DNA from: Eubacteriales bacterium
GTDB taxonomy: Bacteria > Bacillota > Clostridia > Oscillospirales > CAG-272
Direction of reading: 5' to 3'
Assembly (NCBI GenBank): GCA_034101145.1
Contig: JAXEKG010000002.1
Coordinates: 12,604 to 76,603 of the forward strand
Length of the DNA stretch: 64,000 bases
Below the pieces are notes generated by a model. That model had not been told where the DNA came from. It did not search any database and saw nothing but the letters and a program-made list of their open reading frames with translations. Shown here in pieces: positions 9,531-18,848 of this stretch. Every line of letters begins with the position of its first letter. Position 1 is the first letter of the stretch. A program made the position numbers and the translations under genes.

Positions 9531-10544
9531 ATGAAAAAAGAATTCTTCGGAAAAACACCCGACGGAAAGGACGTATATGCGTACACCCTCAAAAACGGCG
9601 ATATGGCGGCAAGAATACTTGACCTCGGAGGTACCGTTGTCAATCTGTATTTCAAGGGTAGGGATATTGTATGCGGATTTGAAAATACCGATAAGATATT
9701 CGAGGACAATTCCTATCAAGGTGCACTCATAGGACGAGTAGCAAACAGGATAGGCGATGCACGTTTTACGCTTAACGGCAAAACTTATTACCTATCCAAA
9801 AACGACGGGAACAACCACTTGCATGGTGGAAATGTAGGTTTTAACAGACATATATGGACTGTTGAAAAAGCAACCGATACCACACTCTCTCTTTCACTCT
9901 TCTCACCTGACGGAGATGAAAACTACCCCGGAAATCTCAAAGTCAAGGTCGAATATACGTTTTATCCCGATGCCATGGCAATTCATTACACGGCAGTATC
10001 GGACGCCGACACTCCCGTAAATCTGACAAACCATTCCTACTTTAACATTGACGGATATGACAGTGGCAGCATTCTCAACCATAAGGTCAGAATTAATGCC
10101 GATAAAATCACCGAGGTAACTGACAATCTAATACCGACAGGCAAAAGTATAGAAGTTGACGGAACCGTATTTGACCTTCGTGATTTCACAAGAATCGGAG
10201 AGTATATAGGCTCGGACTTCGGAGGATACGACAATAACTTCATTCTCAATCTTGATAAGAACCATGAAAGAACTCTATACGGACGCACGCTTTATCTTGC
10301 CGCAGAGGTTATCGGAGAAAAGACGGGAACAAAAATGAGCGTATATACAGACAGACCGTGTATGCAGCTATACATAGGTAATGCTCTTACGGGAAAGCCG
10401 GATTTCAAGGGGGGGTATAAGAAAGCTCCTCACACAACCTACTGCTTTGAAACACAGTGCGAGCCGGATGCGCCAAATCACGGCACAGGAATATTGAGAG
10501 CCGGGGAGACGTTTGATACCGAGACGGTATTTTCCTTTGAATAA
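9531..10544 (+). CDS. galM: Aldose 1-epimerase (galactose mutarotase)
   Basis: GALIGRVANRIGDARFTLNGKTYYLSKNDGNNHLHGG, TNHSYFN and CFETQ motifs. Confidence 0.92.
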   Translation: MKKEFFGKTPDGKDVYAYTLKNGDMAARILDLGGTVVNLYFKGRDIVCGFENTDKIFEDNSYQGALIGRVANRIGDARFTLNGKTYYLSKNDGNNHLHGGNVGFNRHIWTVEKATDTTLSLSLFSPDGDENYPGNLKVKVEYTFYPDAMAIHYTAVSDADTPVNLTNHSYFNIDGYDSGSILNHKVRINADKITEVTDNLIPTGKSIEVDGTVFDLRDFTRIGEYIGSDFGGYDNNFILNLDKNHERTLYGRTLYLAAEVIGEKTGTKMSVYTDRPCMQLYIGNALTGKPDFKGGYKKAPHTTYCFETQCEPDAPNHGTGILRAGETFDTETVFSFE

Positions 10545-10558
10545 TATATTTATTAAAA

Positions 10559-10590
10559 AAAGAGAGACACCCGTCTCTCTTTTAATTTTG
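10559..10590 (+). terminator. Intrinsic terminator after galM
   Basis: AGAGAGAC-accc-GTCTCTCT followed by TTTAATTTT. Confidence 0.6.
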
Positions 10591-10692
10591 CACGTCATAA
10601 TCGCAATAGAGATTACGACAAAAAACCGTGTTTTGTTAAAAGATTGCTCAGCATTATTATTTTGATTGATTATGCGCGTATATGTCGGAAAA

Positions 10693-10718
10693 CAAAAAAT
10701 CCGCAGAAAACTGCGGAT
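10693..10718 (-). terminator. Intrinsic terminator after the tRNA-Arg/tRNA-His unit
   Basis: The minus strand reads AATCCGCAG-tttt-CTGCGGATTTTTTG. Confidence 0.7.
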
Positions 10719-10722
10719 TAAA

Positions 10723-10800
10723 TGGGGTGAGATGTGGGGTTCGAACCCATGACCTCCAGGGCCACAACCTGGCGCTCTAACCAGCTGAGCTAATCCCACC
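10723..10800 (-). tRNA. tRNA-His (anticodon GTG) with encoded G-1 and CCA
   Basis: Hand-folded cloverleaf: G-1, acceptor GTGGGAT/ATCTCAC, D arm GCTC/GAGC, anticodon arm CCAGG-TTGTGGC-CCTGG, T loop TTCGAAC, then C73 and CCA. The extra 5' G opposite C73 is the His identity element. There is one A-C mismatch at the base of the T stem. Confidence 0.9.
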
Positions 10801-10803
10801 ACG

Positions 10804-10880
10804 TGGCGTACCTTGGGGGACTCGAACCCTCGACCTACTGCTTAGAAGGCAGTTGCTCTATCCATCTGAGCTAAAGGTAC
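10804..10880 (-). tRNA. tRNA-Arg (anticodon TCT) with encoded CCA
   Basis: Acceptor GTACCTT/AAGGTAC, anticodon arm ACTGC-CTTCTAA-GCAGT, T loop TTCGAGT, then G73 and CCA. One mismatch in the T stem. Confidence 0.82.
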
Positions 10881-10903
10881 ATAACTCTTTTGCAACGCTA
10901 TGT

Positions 10904-10932
10904 ATTATATCAAATCAGTTCGTGTTTGTCAA
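10904..10932 (-). promoter_or_regulatory. Sigma-A type promoter for the tRNA-Arg/His unit
   Basis: The minus strand reads TTGACA, a 17-nt spacer, then TATAAT, ending about 24 nt upstream of the tRNA-Arg 5' end. Confidence 0.55.
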
Positions 10933-11030
10933 TACTTTTTACGAAAAATGTAAATTGCAAAAGAGAAAAGTTTACGCATACGAACAGCATATGAATTTTA
11001 AACTTTGTTAAATCAGAATAAATGCTTTAT

Positions 11031-11067
11031 AAAAAAAGCGGAAGGACTTTTTAAGGTTCCTTTCCGC
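11031..11067 (-). terminator. Intrinsic terminator after the nfeD-SPFH operon
   Basis: The minus strand reads GCGGAAAGGA...TCCTTCCGC followed by a run of seven T. Confidence 0.6.
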
Positions 11068-11127
11068 TTATCGGGATTAATATATCAATTTTGTTTGTAT
11101 TACGCCTTAAGCGCTGTGTTCTTGCCG

Positions 11128-12114
11128 TTATTTCTTTGAAGGTTGCGCACTTTTGGTATCACCCTCAGTTTCGCTTGCAATACCGGTAAGGGCGGAAACG
11201 ATGCCTGCTATGCCCTGTATTTCCGAGGGGATTATAATCTTCGTTGCTTTACCGTCAGCTGCAGCTATAAATGCTTCAAGACTCTTCAAAGTGAGAACTG
11301 CCTTTGTCGGAGACGCTTGATTTATCATTTCGATACCTTTAGCGGTAGCCTGTTGAACGGCGAGAATAGCCTCTGCCTCGCCCTCTGCTTCCTTTACCTT
11401 TGTTTCACGCAGTGCCTCTGCTTTAAGAATTGCCGACTGCTTCTCTGCTTCCGCCTCGAGAATCATCGACTGCTTGCGTCCCTCTGCGACGAGTATGGCG
11501 CTGTTTCTTTCGCCCTCGGCGCGAAGAATGGATTCTCTGCGTTCACGCTCCGCCTTCATCTGCTTTTCCATTGCATCCTGAATCTCTCTGGGAGGCATGA
11601 TATTTTTAAGCTCGACACGGTTGACCTTAATACCCCATGGGTCCGTTGCCTCATCAAGTATTGCACGCATGCGCGTATTGATAACGTCGCGTGATGTGAG
11701 GGTGGCATCGAGGTCGAGTTCGCCAATTATATTACGAAGTGTCGTAGCCGTAAGGTTTTCAATCGCGAAAAGTGGATTCATAACTCCGTATGCGTAGAGC
11801 TTACAGTCCGTTATCTGATAAAACACAACGGTATCAATCTGCATACGTACGTTATCCTTCGTTATAACAGGCTGAGGCGGAAAGTCGGCTACCTGCTCCA
11901 TCAGAGATATCTTCATATTAACTCTGTCTATGAACGGAAGCTTGAAATGAAGTCCGTTTTTCCACGTCGCCTGATAACTTCCGAGACGCTCAACTATAAA
12001 AGCGTGAGCCTGGGGTACAATTTTGATGTTTGCTATAATAAGCACAATGATGATAGCCAGAATCGCAATGACAATCGCCGCAATTCCGATACCTGATATT
12101 TCGAGTGCAATCAT
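11128..12114 (-). CDS. SPFH/Band 7 (stomatin/slipin-like) membrane protein
   Basis: N-terminal TM helix, then IVPQAHAFIVERLG...FYQI...RNIIGELDLD..LTSRD. Ala/Glu-rich coiled-coil C-terminus. RBS AGGAGG. Confidence 0.9.
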   Translation of the reverse strand: MIALEISGIGIAAIVIAILAIIIVLIIANIKIVPQAHAFIVERLGSYQATWKNGLHFKLPFIDRVNMKISLMEQVADFPPQPVITKDNVRMQIDTVVFYQITDCKLYAYGVMNPLFAIENLTATTLRNIIGELDLDATLTSRDVINTRMRAILDEATDPWGIKVNRVELKNIMPPREIQDAMEKQMKAERERRESILRAEGERNSAILVAEGRKQSMILEAEAEKQSAILKAEALRETKVKEAEGEAEAILAVQQATAKGIEMINQASPTKAVLTLKSLEAFIAAADGKATKIIIPSEIQGIAGIVSALTGIASETEGDTKSAQPSKK

Positions 12115-12193
12115 AAAAGCCTCCTAAAATTATTAATTTTTGAAAATAATTTTAACACGAGTATATATTATTCCTGTTGTCAGCAACTAAAAA

Positions 12194-12625
12194 CTATTTT
12201 TTGCATATTAGTTTTACGCCTTCTATCGCCACCACGGTGAGAACGTCGCCGACATCGTAATTTACACCGTCGACTGAGCGCGCTGCCCAGTACAGTCCCT
12301 TCACCTTTACCTGACCGAGTCCGACCAGATTATCGATTTTCTCCGTTACTATTCCCTTCTCTCCTATTATAGTGTCAATGTTGGTACGTGTATCCGCTTT
12401 TTTCATAAATTTTTTCAACACTGTTTTCTGAAGTGCTATACACGCTATGGAAATTACGAGGAACACCACTATCTGCCACTTAACGTCAACGTCAAGCAAA
12501 GCCATTACCGCCGCAATTATTCCGGCAGGAATAAACCACATGGATACCAAAGCCGTAGTCAACGCCTCTATTATGGCGGCAAGAATAGAGACTATTATCC
12601 AAAGATAAGGCATAAGTTCAATCAT
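12194..12625 (-). CDS. NfeD family membrane protein
   Basis: Three or four TM helices followed by an OB-like C-terminus (GLGQVKVKGLYWAARS...GDVLTVVAIEGVKLICKK). Canonical pairing with the SPFH gene downstream. Confidence 0.85.
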   Translation of the reverse strand: MIELMPYLWIIVSILAAIIEALTTALVSMWFIPAGIIAAVMALLDVDVKWQIVVFLVISIACIALQKTVLKKFMKKADTRTNIDTIIGEKGIVTEKIDNLVGLGQVKVKGLYWAARSVDGVNYDVGDVLTVVAIEGVKLICKK

Positions 12626-12801
12626 ACAATCACCCTTACATCGTTATGAAATTTATTATATCAATGTAATTTTATCACATACTATGGCGTTATGTAAATA
12701 AAAATAAACTGAATTTTTGTTTCCAAATTGAAAACTTTATTTACAAAAAAAACCAAAAAACACAAAAAATCATTAAAAAATGTTAATAATATATTTTTCG
12801 C

Positions 12802-12830
12802 TTGACAAAACGCCTCTGATATTATATAAT
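12802..12830 (+). promoter_or_regulatory. Sigma-A type promoter upstream of the ACP gene
   Basis: TTGACA (12802-12807), a 17-nt spacer, then TATAAT (12825-12830). Confidence 0.6.
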
Positions 12831-12915
12831 ACTTTTTGTCGGTTTGTTGACCGAGGCTAAATTAAGATATAAACAATTCACGTATTAACGTTAATATTGA
12901 ATTCGGAGGACAGAA

Positions 12916-13146
12916 ATGTTTGAAAAAGTAAAAGAATTACTCAAGGACGAACTTCGCATTGATGAGAAAGAAATAACTCTTGAGGCTGAGCTTCAGAACG
13001 ACCTCGGCATCAACTCACTTGAGCTTGCAGATCTCATATTCGCTTGCGAGGAAAAATTCAACATAACAATAGACGATGCAGATTACCAGATATTCAAGAC
13101 CGTCGGAGACATTGTAAATTACCTCAACGATAAAGTAGAGGAATAA
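12916..13146 (+). CDS. acpP: Acyl carrier protein (stand-alone)
   Basis: 76 aa, acidic. The phosphopantetheine-site context LGINSLELADLIFACEEKFNI has NSL in place of the usual DSL. RBS GGAGG. Confidence 0.8.
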   Translation: MFEKVKELLKDELRIDEKEITLEAELQNDLGINSLELADLIFACEEKFNITIDDADYQIFKTVGDIVNYLNDKVEE

Positions 13147-13237
13147 GTATACATAAAGGAGCTGTCAGTCATCGGCGGCTTCTTTTTTTGCGAGCTTTAT
13201 GAAATCTCATTAAATCAGGCCAAAAGAGGGAAAAATT

Positions 13238-14638
13238 ATGAAAAAGTACGACGTTGTAATTATAGGCGGAGGAGCAGGAGGCCTGTTCGCCGCATACGAA
13301 TTCATATGCCGAAGCACAGATATAAAAGTCTGCTTGCTCGAAAAAGGTTCAACACTGAAAAAGCGTAAATGCCCAATCGACGGAGTTAAAATAAAGAGCT
13401 GCATAAACTGCAAGCACTGCTCCATTACCTCGGGAATCGGCGGTGCCGGTGCATTCTCCGACGGAAAATACAACATAACCAACAATTTCGGCGGCGATTT
13501 CTATCAGTATATCGGCGACGCTCCTGCAATAGAGCTTATGAAGTACGTCGACACGGTTAACCTTAAGTTCGGCGGTGAAGGTACTAAAATGTACTCGACG
13601 GTAGGTTCGGATCTGAAAAGACGCGCGCTTCAGTGCGACCTTCATATGCTCGATGCACAGGTACGGCATCTCGGAACGGAGAGAAACTATTACATTCTCG
13701 AAAACATTATTAACTTCGTTTCCGAACATGTAGATATACACTACTACACGGACGTTGAGGACATAGAGAAATGCGAAGAAGGCTGGCACCTTACGTGCTC
13801 AGACGGCGAGGAATACGAGAGCAAATACGCAATCGTAGCAACGGGAAGAAGCGGTTCAAAGTGGACGTCCGAAATCTGCAAGAAATTCGACATTCCCAAC
13901 GAAAATAACCGAGTCGATATCGGTGTACGCTTCGAATGTCCGGCAGAAATATGGGAGCCTATTACAAATCAGGTATACGAAAGCAAAATAATGTATCGCT
14001 CTCCCAAAACCAGGAGCGTGTGCCGTACGTTCTGCATGAATCCTCACGGAGAGGTCGTTACGGAAAACACAAACGGTATAGTAACGGTAAACGGACACAG
14101 CTACGATGACCCGGCGCTTTATACGGACAACACTAATTTTGCTCTTCTCGTTACGCATAAATTTACCGAACCGTTCAAAGATTCAAACGCATACGGCGAA
14201 CACATTGCAGCACTCACCAATATGCTCTCCGGAGGCGTTATGGTTCAAAGGTTCGGCGATTTGCTTGAAGAGCGCAGAACGAATGAAAAGAGGCTGCGCG
14301 AATCCTTCACACGGCCTACCCTTGACGCGAGCCCCGGAAACCTGGCGCTCTGTATGCCGAAGGCCACACTCGATACTATAATAGAAATGATATTCGCTCT
14401 TGACAAGCTCGTTCCGGGAACGGCCAACTACGGCAACCTGCTCTACGGCACGGAGGTTAAATTCTATAACTCAAAGGTTGAAATCGATTCTCACCTCGAG
14501 AGCCGGGAAAAGGGTCTCTTCTTCATCGGAGACTGCTCCGGAACAACCCACTCTCTCTCACAGGCATCCGCCGAAGGAGTATATGTCAGCAGATATATCT
14601 CAAATCTTATTCTCGGAGAAGAAAAACCTCTTTATTGA
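13238..14638 (+). CDS. FAD-dependent dehydrogenase (COG2509-like, uncharacterised)
   Basis: N-terminal YDVVIIGGGAGGLFAA dinucleotide-binding fold and C-terminal GLFFIGDCSG motif. Confidence 0.8.
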   Translation: MKKYDVVIIGGGAGGLFAAYEFICRSTDIKVCLLEKGSTLKKRKCPIDGVKIKSCINCKHCSITSGIGGAGAFSDGKYNITNNFGGDFYQYIGDAPAIELMKYVDTVNLKFGGEGTKMYSTVGSDLKRRALQCDLHMLDAQVRHLGTERNYYILENIINFVSEHVDIHYYTDVEDIEKCEEGWHLTCSDGEEYESKYAIVATGRSGSKWTSEICKKFDIPNENNRVDIGVRFECPAEIWEPITNQVYESKIMYRSPKTRSVCRTFCMNPHGEVVTENTNGIVTVNGHSYDDPALYTDNTNFALLVTHKFTEPFKDSNAYGEHIAALTNMLSGGVMVQRFGDLLEERRTNEKRLRESFTRPTLDASPGNLALCMPKATLDTIIEMIFALDKLVPGTANYGNLLYGTEVKFYNSKVEIDSHLESREKGLFFIGDCSGTTHSLSQASAEGVYVSRYISNLILGEEKPLY

Positions 14639-14653
14639 GAATTTCAAATTATT

Positions 14654-14695
14654 CACCCGACCGCACAAAAATAGGTGCGATCGGGTGTTTTCTTT
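14654..14695 (+). terminator. Intrinsic terminator after the FAD-dehydrogenase gene
   Basis: CACCCGA-c-CGCAC aaaaatag GTGCG-a-TCGGGTG followed by TTTTCTTT. Confidence 0.65.
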
Positions 14696-14793
14696 ATAAA
14701 AAAATTTCAACTGTATAAAAAAGCCCCTTTGGTTTTATATTTATCTGCAACGGCATATATTGAATACAGAAACAAAAGAAAAAGAGGTTTATT

Positions 14794-15771
14794 ATGCAGA
14801 ATCAGTATATGCCGGAAGGCACTCTCATCAACACTGCGGAAAACCGCGAATATCTGTCCGGTATCGCAGGTCTTGAACGCGCCCACGAAAAGCAAAAAAT
14901 ACTTGAAGGAAAGGTACTTCTCTGCGATAACGATTTTTCACTTCACATAGACCTCGGCAAAATACGCGGAATAATGCCGAAAAGCGAAGTTGAATGGAAA
15001 AGTGACGGCGAATGTATAAAGGACATAGCCGTACTCACACGCGTCGGAAAAGCAATCTGCTTCAAGATAATCGGGTTTCGTAAGAATGAAAACGGAGAAA
15101 CTTATGCTATTCTCTCACGTCGCTTAGCTCAGGCTGAATGTATGCAGAATTACATATCCGCACTCTCATGCGGTGATATCCTACCGGCAAAAGTGACGCA
15201 TCTGGAGAATTTCGGCGCATTCGTTGACATAGGATGCGGTATAATTTCCCTTCTCCCGATCGATTCTATCTCCGTATCCAGAATCTCACATCCAAGAGAC
15301 CGTTTTTCTGTAGACGAGCGAATATACGTTGTTATAAAAAGCATCGACCGAAACAAGCGGATATACGTATCTCACAGAGAGCTCCTGGGGACGTGGGAGG
15401 AAAATGCGGCTCTTTTCTCCATTGGTCAGACGGTCTCGGGAATTGTCAGAAGTGTTGAAAACTACGGAATATTCATTGAGCTCACCCCTAACCTTGCGGG
15501 ACTTGCGGAATTAAAGGACAATATAAGTGTAAATCAATGCGCGGCGGTCTATATAAAAAATATTATACCTGAAAAGATGAAAATAAAGCTCGTTATTATT
15601 GATTCCCAAAATTCCGTCATAGCAGAACCGAAGCCCGTTATTTATTTTACCGATATGAAAAAAACATCTCACATAGACAGCTGGATATATTCACCCGAAT
15701 CATCGCAAAAGGTTATTGAAAGCACCTTCGATATCGGAACCCATAATGCAACGTTTACGAAACAATATTGA
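14794..15771 (+). CDS. S1 RNA-binding domain protein (multi-S1)
   Basis: Repeated S1-type segments, for example GDILPAKVTHLENFGAFVDIG and GQTVSGIVRSVENYGIFIEL. Confidence 0.75.
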   Translation: MQNQYMPEGTLINTAENREYLSGIAGLERAHEKQKILEGKVLLCDNDFSLHIDLGKIRGIMPKSEVEWKSDGECIKDIAVLTRVGKAICFKIIGFRKNENGETYAILSRRLAQAECMQNYISALSCGDILPAKVTHLENFGAFVDIGCGIISLLPIDSISVSRISHPRDRFSVDERIYVVIKSIDRNKRIYVSHRELLGTWEENAALFSIGQTVSGIVRSVENYGIFIELTPNLAGLAELKDNISVNQCAAVYIKNIIPEKMKIKLVIIDSQNSVIAEPKPVIYFTDMKKTSHIDSWIYSPESSQKVIESTFDIGTHNATFTKQY

Positions 15772-15836
15772 TTTTCTCATACTTATATGATAAAATTAAA
15801 ACAAATACACCGCACGGTATCGTAAGAGGAAGTAAA

Positions 15837-16517
15837 ATGGTTATATGCAAAAACGGCTGGGACAGAATACTCAACGAAGAGAACGAAAAGCCGTATTTTC
15901 GGGAATTGTGTCGTAATCTACATAGAGAATACGAGGAGCACACAGTATTCCCACCGAAACGAGAGGTTTTCAATTCCCTGATTTTAACGCCTCCGGAAAA
16001 CGTAAAGGTCGTCATACTCGGACAGGACCCGTACCACGAAAGAGGACAGGGACACGGGCTTTGCTTCTCTGTTCGAAACGGAGTGAAGTTCCCGCCGTCA
16101 CTTGTAAATATATTTACCGAAATGAAAAACGATATAGGAGTTGAGATGCCGAAAAGCGGAGACCTATCCTCATGGGCAAGACAGGGCGTTCTTCTGTTGA
16201 ACACTACTCTCACCGTGCGCGAAGGTATGGCAAACAGTCATTCAAGACTCGGCTGGAATATATTTACCGACAGGATTATATATGAGGTGAATAAAATTAA
16301 CCGACCGATAGTATTTATCCTATGGGGCTCCAATGCGAGAAGCAAAAAAAGCATCATCACAAATCCAATACATAAAATAATCGAGAGCGTACATCCGAGT
16401 CCGCTATCCGCGTATAACGGATTTTTCGGTTCCAAGCCATTCTCCCGTGCAAATGAATTTCTTATAAACACATCACAGACTCCAATTAACTGGAACAGCG
16501 TAAACGAATCCGTCTGA
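15837..16517 (+). CDS. ung: Uracil-DNA glycosylase (family 1)
   Basis: VVILGQDPYH, GLCFSV and HPSPLS motifs. Start moved to ATG 15837, which has RBS AAGAGGAAG. Confidence 0.93.
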   Translation: MVICKNGWDRILNEENEKPYFRELCRNLHREYEEHTVFPPKREVFNSLILTPPENVKVVILGQDPYHERGQGHGLCFSVRNGVKFPPSLVNIFTEMKNDIGVEMPKSGDLSSWARQGVLLLNTTLTVREGMANSHSRLGWNIFTDRIIYEVNKINRPIVFILWGSNARSKKSIITNPIHKIIESVHPSPLSAYNGFFGSKPFSRANEFLINTSQTPINWNSVNESV

Positions 16518-16630
16518 ATAAAAAAGAAAGCCTGCGTTTTCAAAAAGCAAAACACAGGCTTTAATTATTTTTATGGTACAACAGGGAAAAAGCGCAACAA
16601 ACAAAAGCTTTATGCGCCCACGGTATCGCC

Positions 16631-16855
16631 TTAAAGCGAAATTTTGTTAAGTAAATCGCGAAGGCTGACAAGTTCATCCTTAGAAAGAGTTATGCCTTTT
16701 CCCATCTTCGTATGGTCGTCATTCCATACACGAAGATCATACTTCGGCTCATACTCGTTCCAACTGATGAGATTGAGTTCCTTCTTCCATGCGCTGTCAT
16801 CGCTTGAAATAGTTCCGAAGTTCTCTACTATCTCATACTTGAGTTCTGCTGCCAT
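16631..16855 (-). CDS. PC4/YdbC-family ssDNA-binding protein
   Basis: MAAELKYEIVENFGTIS...WKKELNLISWNEYEPKYDLRVW..DHTKMGKGITLSKDE matches my recollection of YdbC. Start placed at ATG 16855, with GGAGGA 7 nt upstream. The longer ORF-track N-terminus is AT-rich promoter DNA. Confidence 0.75.
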   Translation of the reverse strand: MAAELKYEIVENFGTISSDDSAWKKELNLISWNEYEPKYDLRVWNDDHTKMGKGITLSKDELVSLRDLLNKISL

Positions 16856-17017
16856 AATACCGTCCTCCATAATATCATTCTTTGGTTTACAGGCACAAAT
16901 AAGACTGTCAACAATAATAATATAAATATAGATATAAATATAACTAATATGAGTATAACATATAAAATTATTATTGTAAATTGTTTTGACAGAAAACAAC
17001 AAAATTTTACAATTTGT

Positions 17018-17767
17018 TCACAAAGCCGTTGACTTAAACCTATGAAAACGTATTGCCTGATATAGAGATACCGCTATGACGTCCTTTGCTCCCATATCTT
17101 TCAGCAAATTTTTGCACGTTCTCATTGTAGATGCGGTGGTAACAACGTCGTCTAAAAGAAAATACGTTTTGCCGGAAAAATCCGCATCGTCATAGACATA
17201 ATAGGAGTTTTTTGCATTTTTCACTCTTTCGCTGTGCGATGCTTCCTTTTGCAATTTCTTTCCGTCATTGTACACCGTAACCTCAAACGGAACAGAAAGA
17301 ATTCTCGCACATTCACGTGCCACGGACTTTGACTGATCGAATCCGTATTTTAACTTTTCTTTTGGCGTTCTCGGACAATACGTTATAACGTAATTTGCGG
17401 GTTTGCTTTTCATATATTTACTTATCGGCAGGGCAATTTCGGTTGCAAAAAAATCTATCAGCTTTTTGTTTCTGTGCCGTTTCAGTTCATATAACATTCT
17501 CTCTGTCGTTTCATGCTCGCCATGCTTATATGGCAGAAGCTTTATATAACGGGAAAGTCCCATATCCCGCATCACCTCAGGTGCACACGTGCAATCGGAC
17601 ATTTTGCCATTGCAGGATGGACATTTGGTATTCTTGTCAAACATATACTCCCCAAAGCATTTCGGGCATAAAATATCGTCATGAGACAGTCTCGCTCCGC
17701 ATCCGACACATTTCGGTACAAAAACCAACGACATTATTTTATCAAAAAGTTTTTTTACGGCTCTCAT
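17018..17767 (-). CDS. comFC: ComF family protein (ComFC-type phosphoribosyltransferase-fold competence protein)
   Basis: N-terminal Zn-finger cysteines (CVGCG...CPKC...CPSC) and the PRT motif YFLLDDVVTTASTM. Start moved to ATG 17767. Confidence 0.85.
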   Translation of the reverse strand: MRAVKKLFDKIMSLVFVPKCVGCGARLSHDDILCPKCFGEYMFDKNTKCPSCNGKMSDCTCAPEVMRDMGLSRYIKLLPYKHGEHETTERMLYELKRHRNKKLIDFFATEIALPISKYMKSKPANYVITYCPRTPKEKLKYGFDQSKSVARECARILSVPFEVTVYNDGKKLQKEASHSERVKNAKNSYYVYDDADFSGKTYFLLDDVVTTASTMRTCKNLLKDMGAKDVIAVSLYQAIRFHRFKSTAL

Positions 17768-17874
17768 CAAATCCCTCGTATGACACGTATAAAATAAAAG
17801 GCGCACGCACATAAAATGTTCGGTGCGCCAAAGCATTATTCAAGTATAATGCTTATATAGAGTTTCTCGTGTTT

Positions 17875-18816
17875 TCAATAAAACGTTGCTACTTCCTGTT
17901 CCGGTTTTTCGGCGCGCTCTATGCTTTCCGCATAAATTACAGGCCCGTCACCGTTATAGAGCGGATGCTTTTCCGACTTGATTTTACCTACTATAATGGC
18001 CCAGTCACGTGTCTTGAACTTGCCCTCGTCGGGACTTTTGAATACAAAGCCTTGATATGCAATATCGTTTGCACAACATGTCATTATATGGCGACCGATT
18101 ACGCTGGTTTTGTTTTTCGGGTTGGGGTCCTTTGCTATTATCCCTTTGAACTTTACGACCTTACCCTCGTATCTGTCTCTGTTTTCAACGACATCACGGT
18201 ACCATATGGCATAGTCCTTATCGGCAATCTCAACGATATCGGCAGTATAATCAAAAGGAAGCGGGTCCTCTATATCGTCATTCTCTATTGAACCGTCCGT
18301 ATGTTCATATACGATATCGGTCTGAGTTGAAATTGCCCTTACCGCACGGTGGAGCTTCTCCTTATCGGTATTCTCGTTAACCCTGTTGAAAATAACCATC
18401 TCGCAGCTGCGCAGCTTATCTGTAACGAGCTGACGCATGTTTGCATTATAGTTTTCGAAGGTTGTAGAATCCGCAATAAATACTTCCTGATAAACGAGAT
18501 AATCCTGCGGAAGTATTTTATAGAACGAGTCAAGCATCCACATGCCGTTATACTCAACCACAACACGGTCAAAGCTATACTTTTTCATTATATTCGAGAA
18601 CAAATCAGGCGTAAGATCACTCTCGTTTTCAAGTGCATAGACAAAAATGTTTTTTGACGGATACGTATCCGTTTCGTATTCCTCAACGCCCTCTTCGCAC
18701 TGAAGTATAAGGGTGTTTTCGCCCGCATTGAACTTCGGATCCTGCATTGATTCTCTTATAAGTTTTGTTTTTCCTGCTTCCAGAAAACCGTCAAAAAGAT
18801 ATACCGGTATCTCCAT
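17875..18816 (-). CDS. CobW-like P-loop protein lacking the CxCC metal motif, fused to a DUF1980/TIGR03943-like C-terminal domain
   Basis: Walker A GFLEAGKT; FDRVVVEYNGM aligns with the IIEPSG block of its neighbour; no GCxCC motif. The C-terminal 100 aa contain IGRHIMTCCANDIAYQGFVF. No TM helices. RBS GAGGAAG. It lies 32 nt downstream of the COG0523 gene. Confidence 0.7.
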   Translation of the reverse strand: MEIPVYLFDGFLEAGKTKLIRESMQDPKFNAGENTLILQCEEGVEEYETDTYPSKNIFVYALENESDLTPDLFSNIMKKYSFDRVVVEYNGMWMLDSFYKILPQDYLVYQEVFIADSTTFENYNANMRQLVTDKLRSCEMVIFNRVNENTDKEKLHRAVRAISTQTDIVYEHTDGSIENDDIEDPLPFDYTADIVEIADKDYAIWYRDVVENRDRYEGKVVKFKGIIAKDPNPKNKTSVIGRHIMTCCANDIAYQGFVFKSPDEGKFKTRDWAIIVGKIKSEKHPLYNGDGPVIYAESIERAEKPEQEVATFY

Positions 18817-18848
18817 TATCTTCCTCGATTCATTTTATGCAAAGCATT

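Noticed and set aside
10368-10802. 144-aa minus-strand ORF (MVGLAQLVRAPGCGPGGHGFEP...)
   Set aside because: It reads straight through tRNA-His and the galM terminator region. The GFEP/LVRA peptides are the usual translation artefact of a tRNA T-arm.
16856-17017. AT-rich tract with ATA/TATAAATA reiterations (16915-16975), considered as a microsatellite, repeat array or raiA-type RNA downstream of comFC
   Set aside because: It is low-complexity promoter/spacer DNA with no regular unit, no spacer-repeat architecture and no GC-containing stems.
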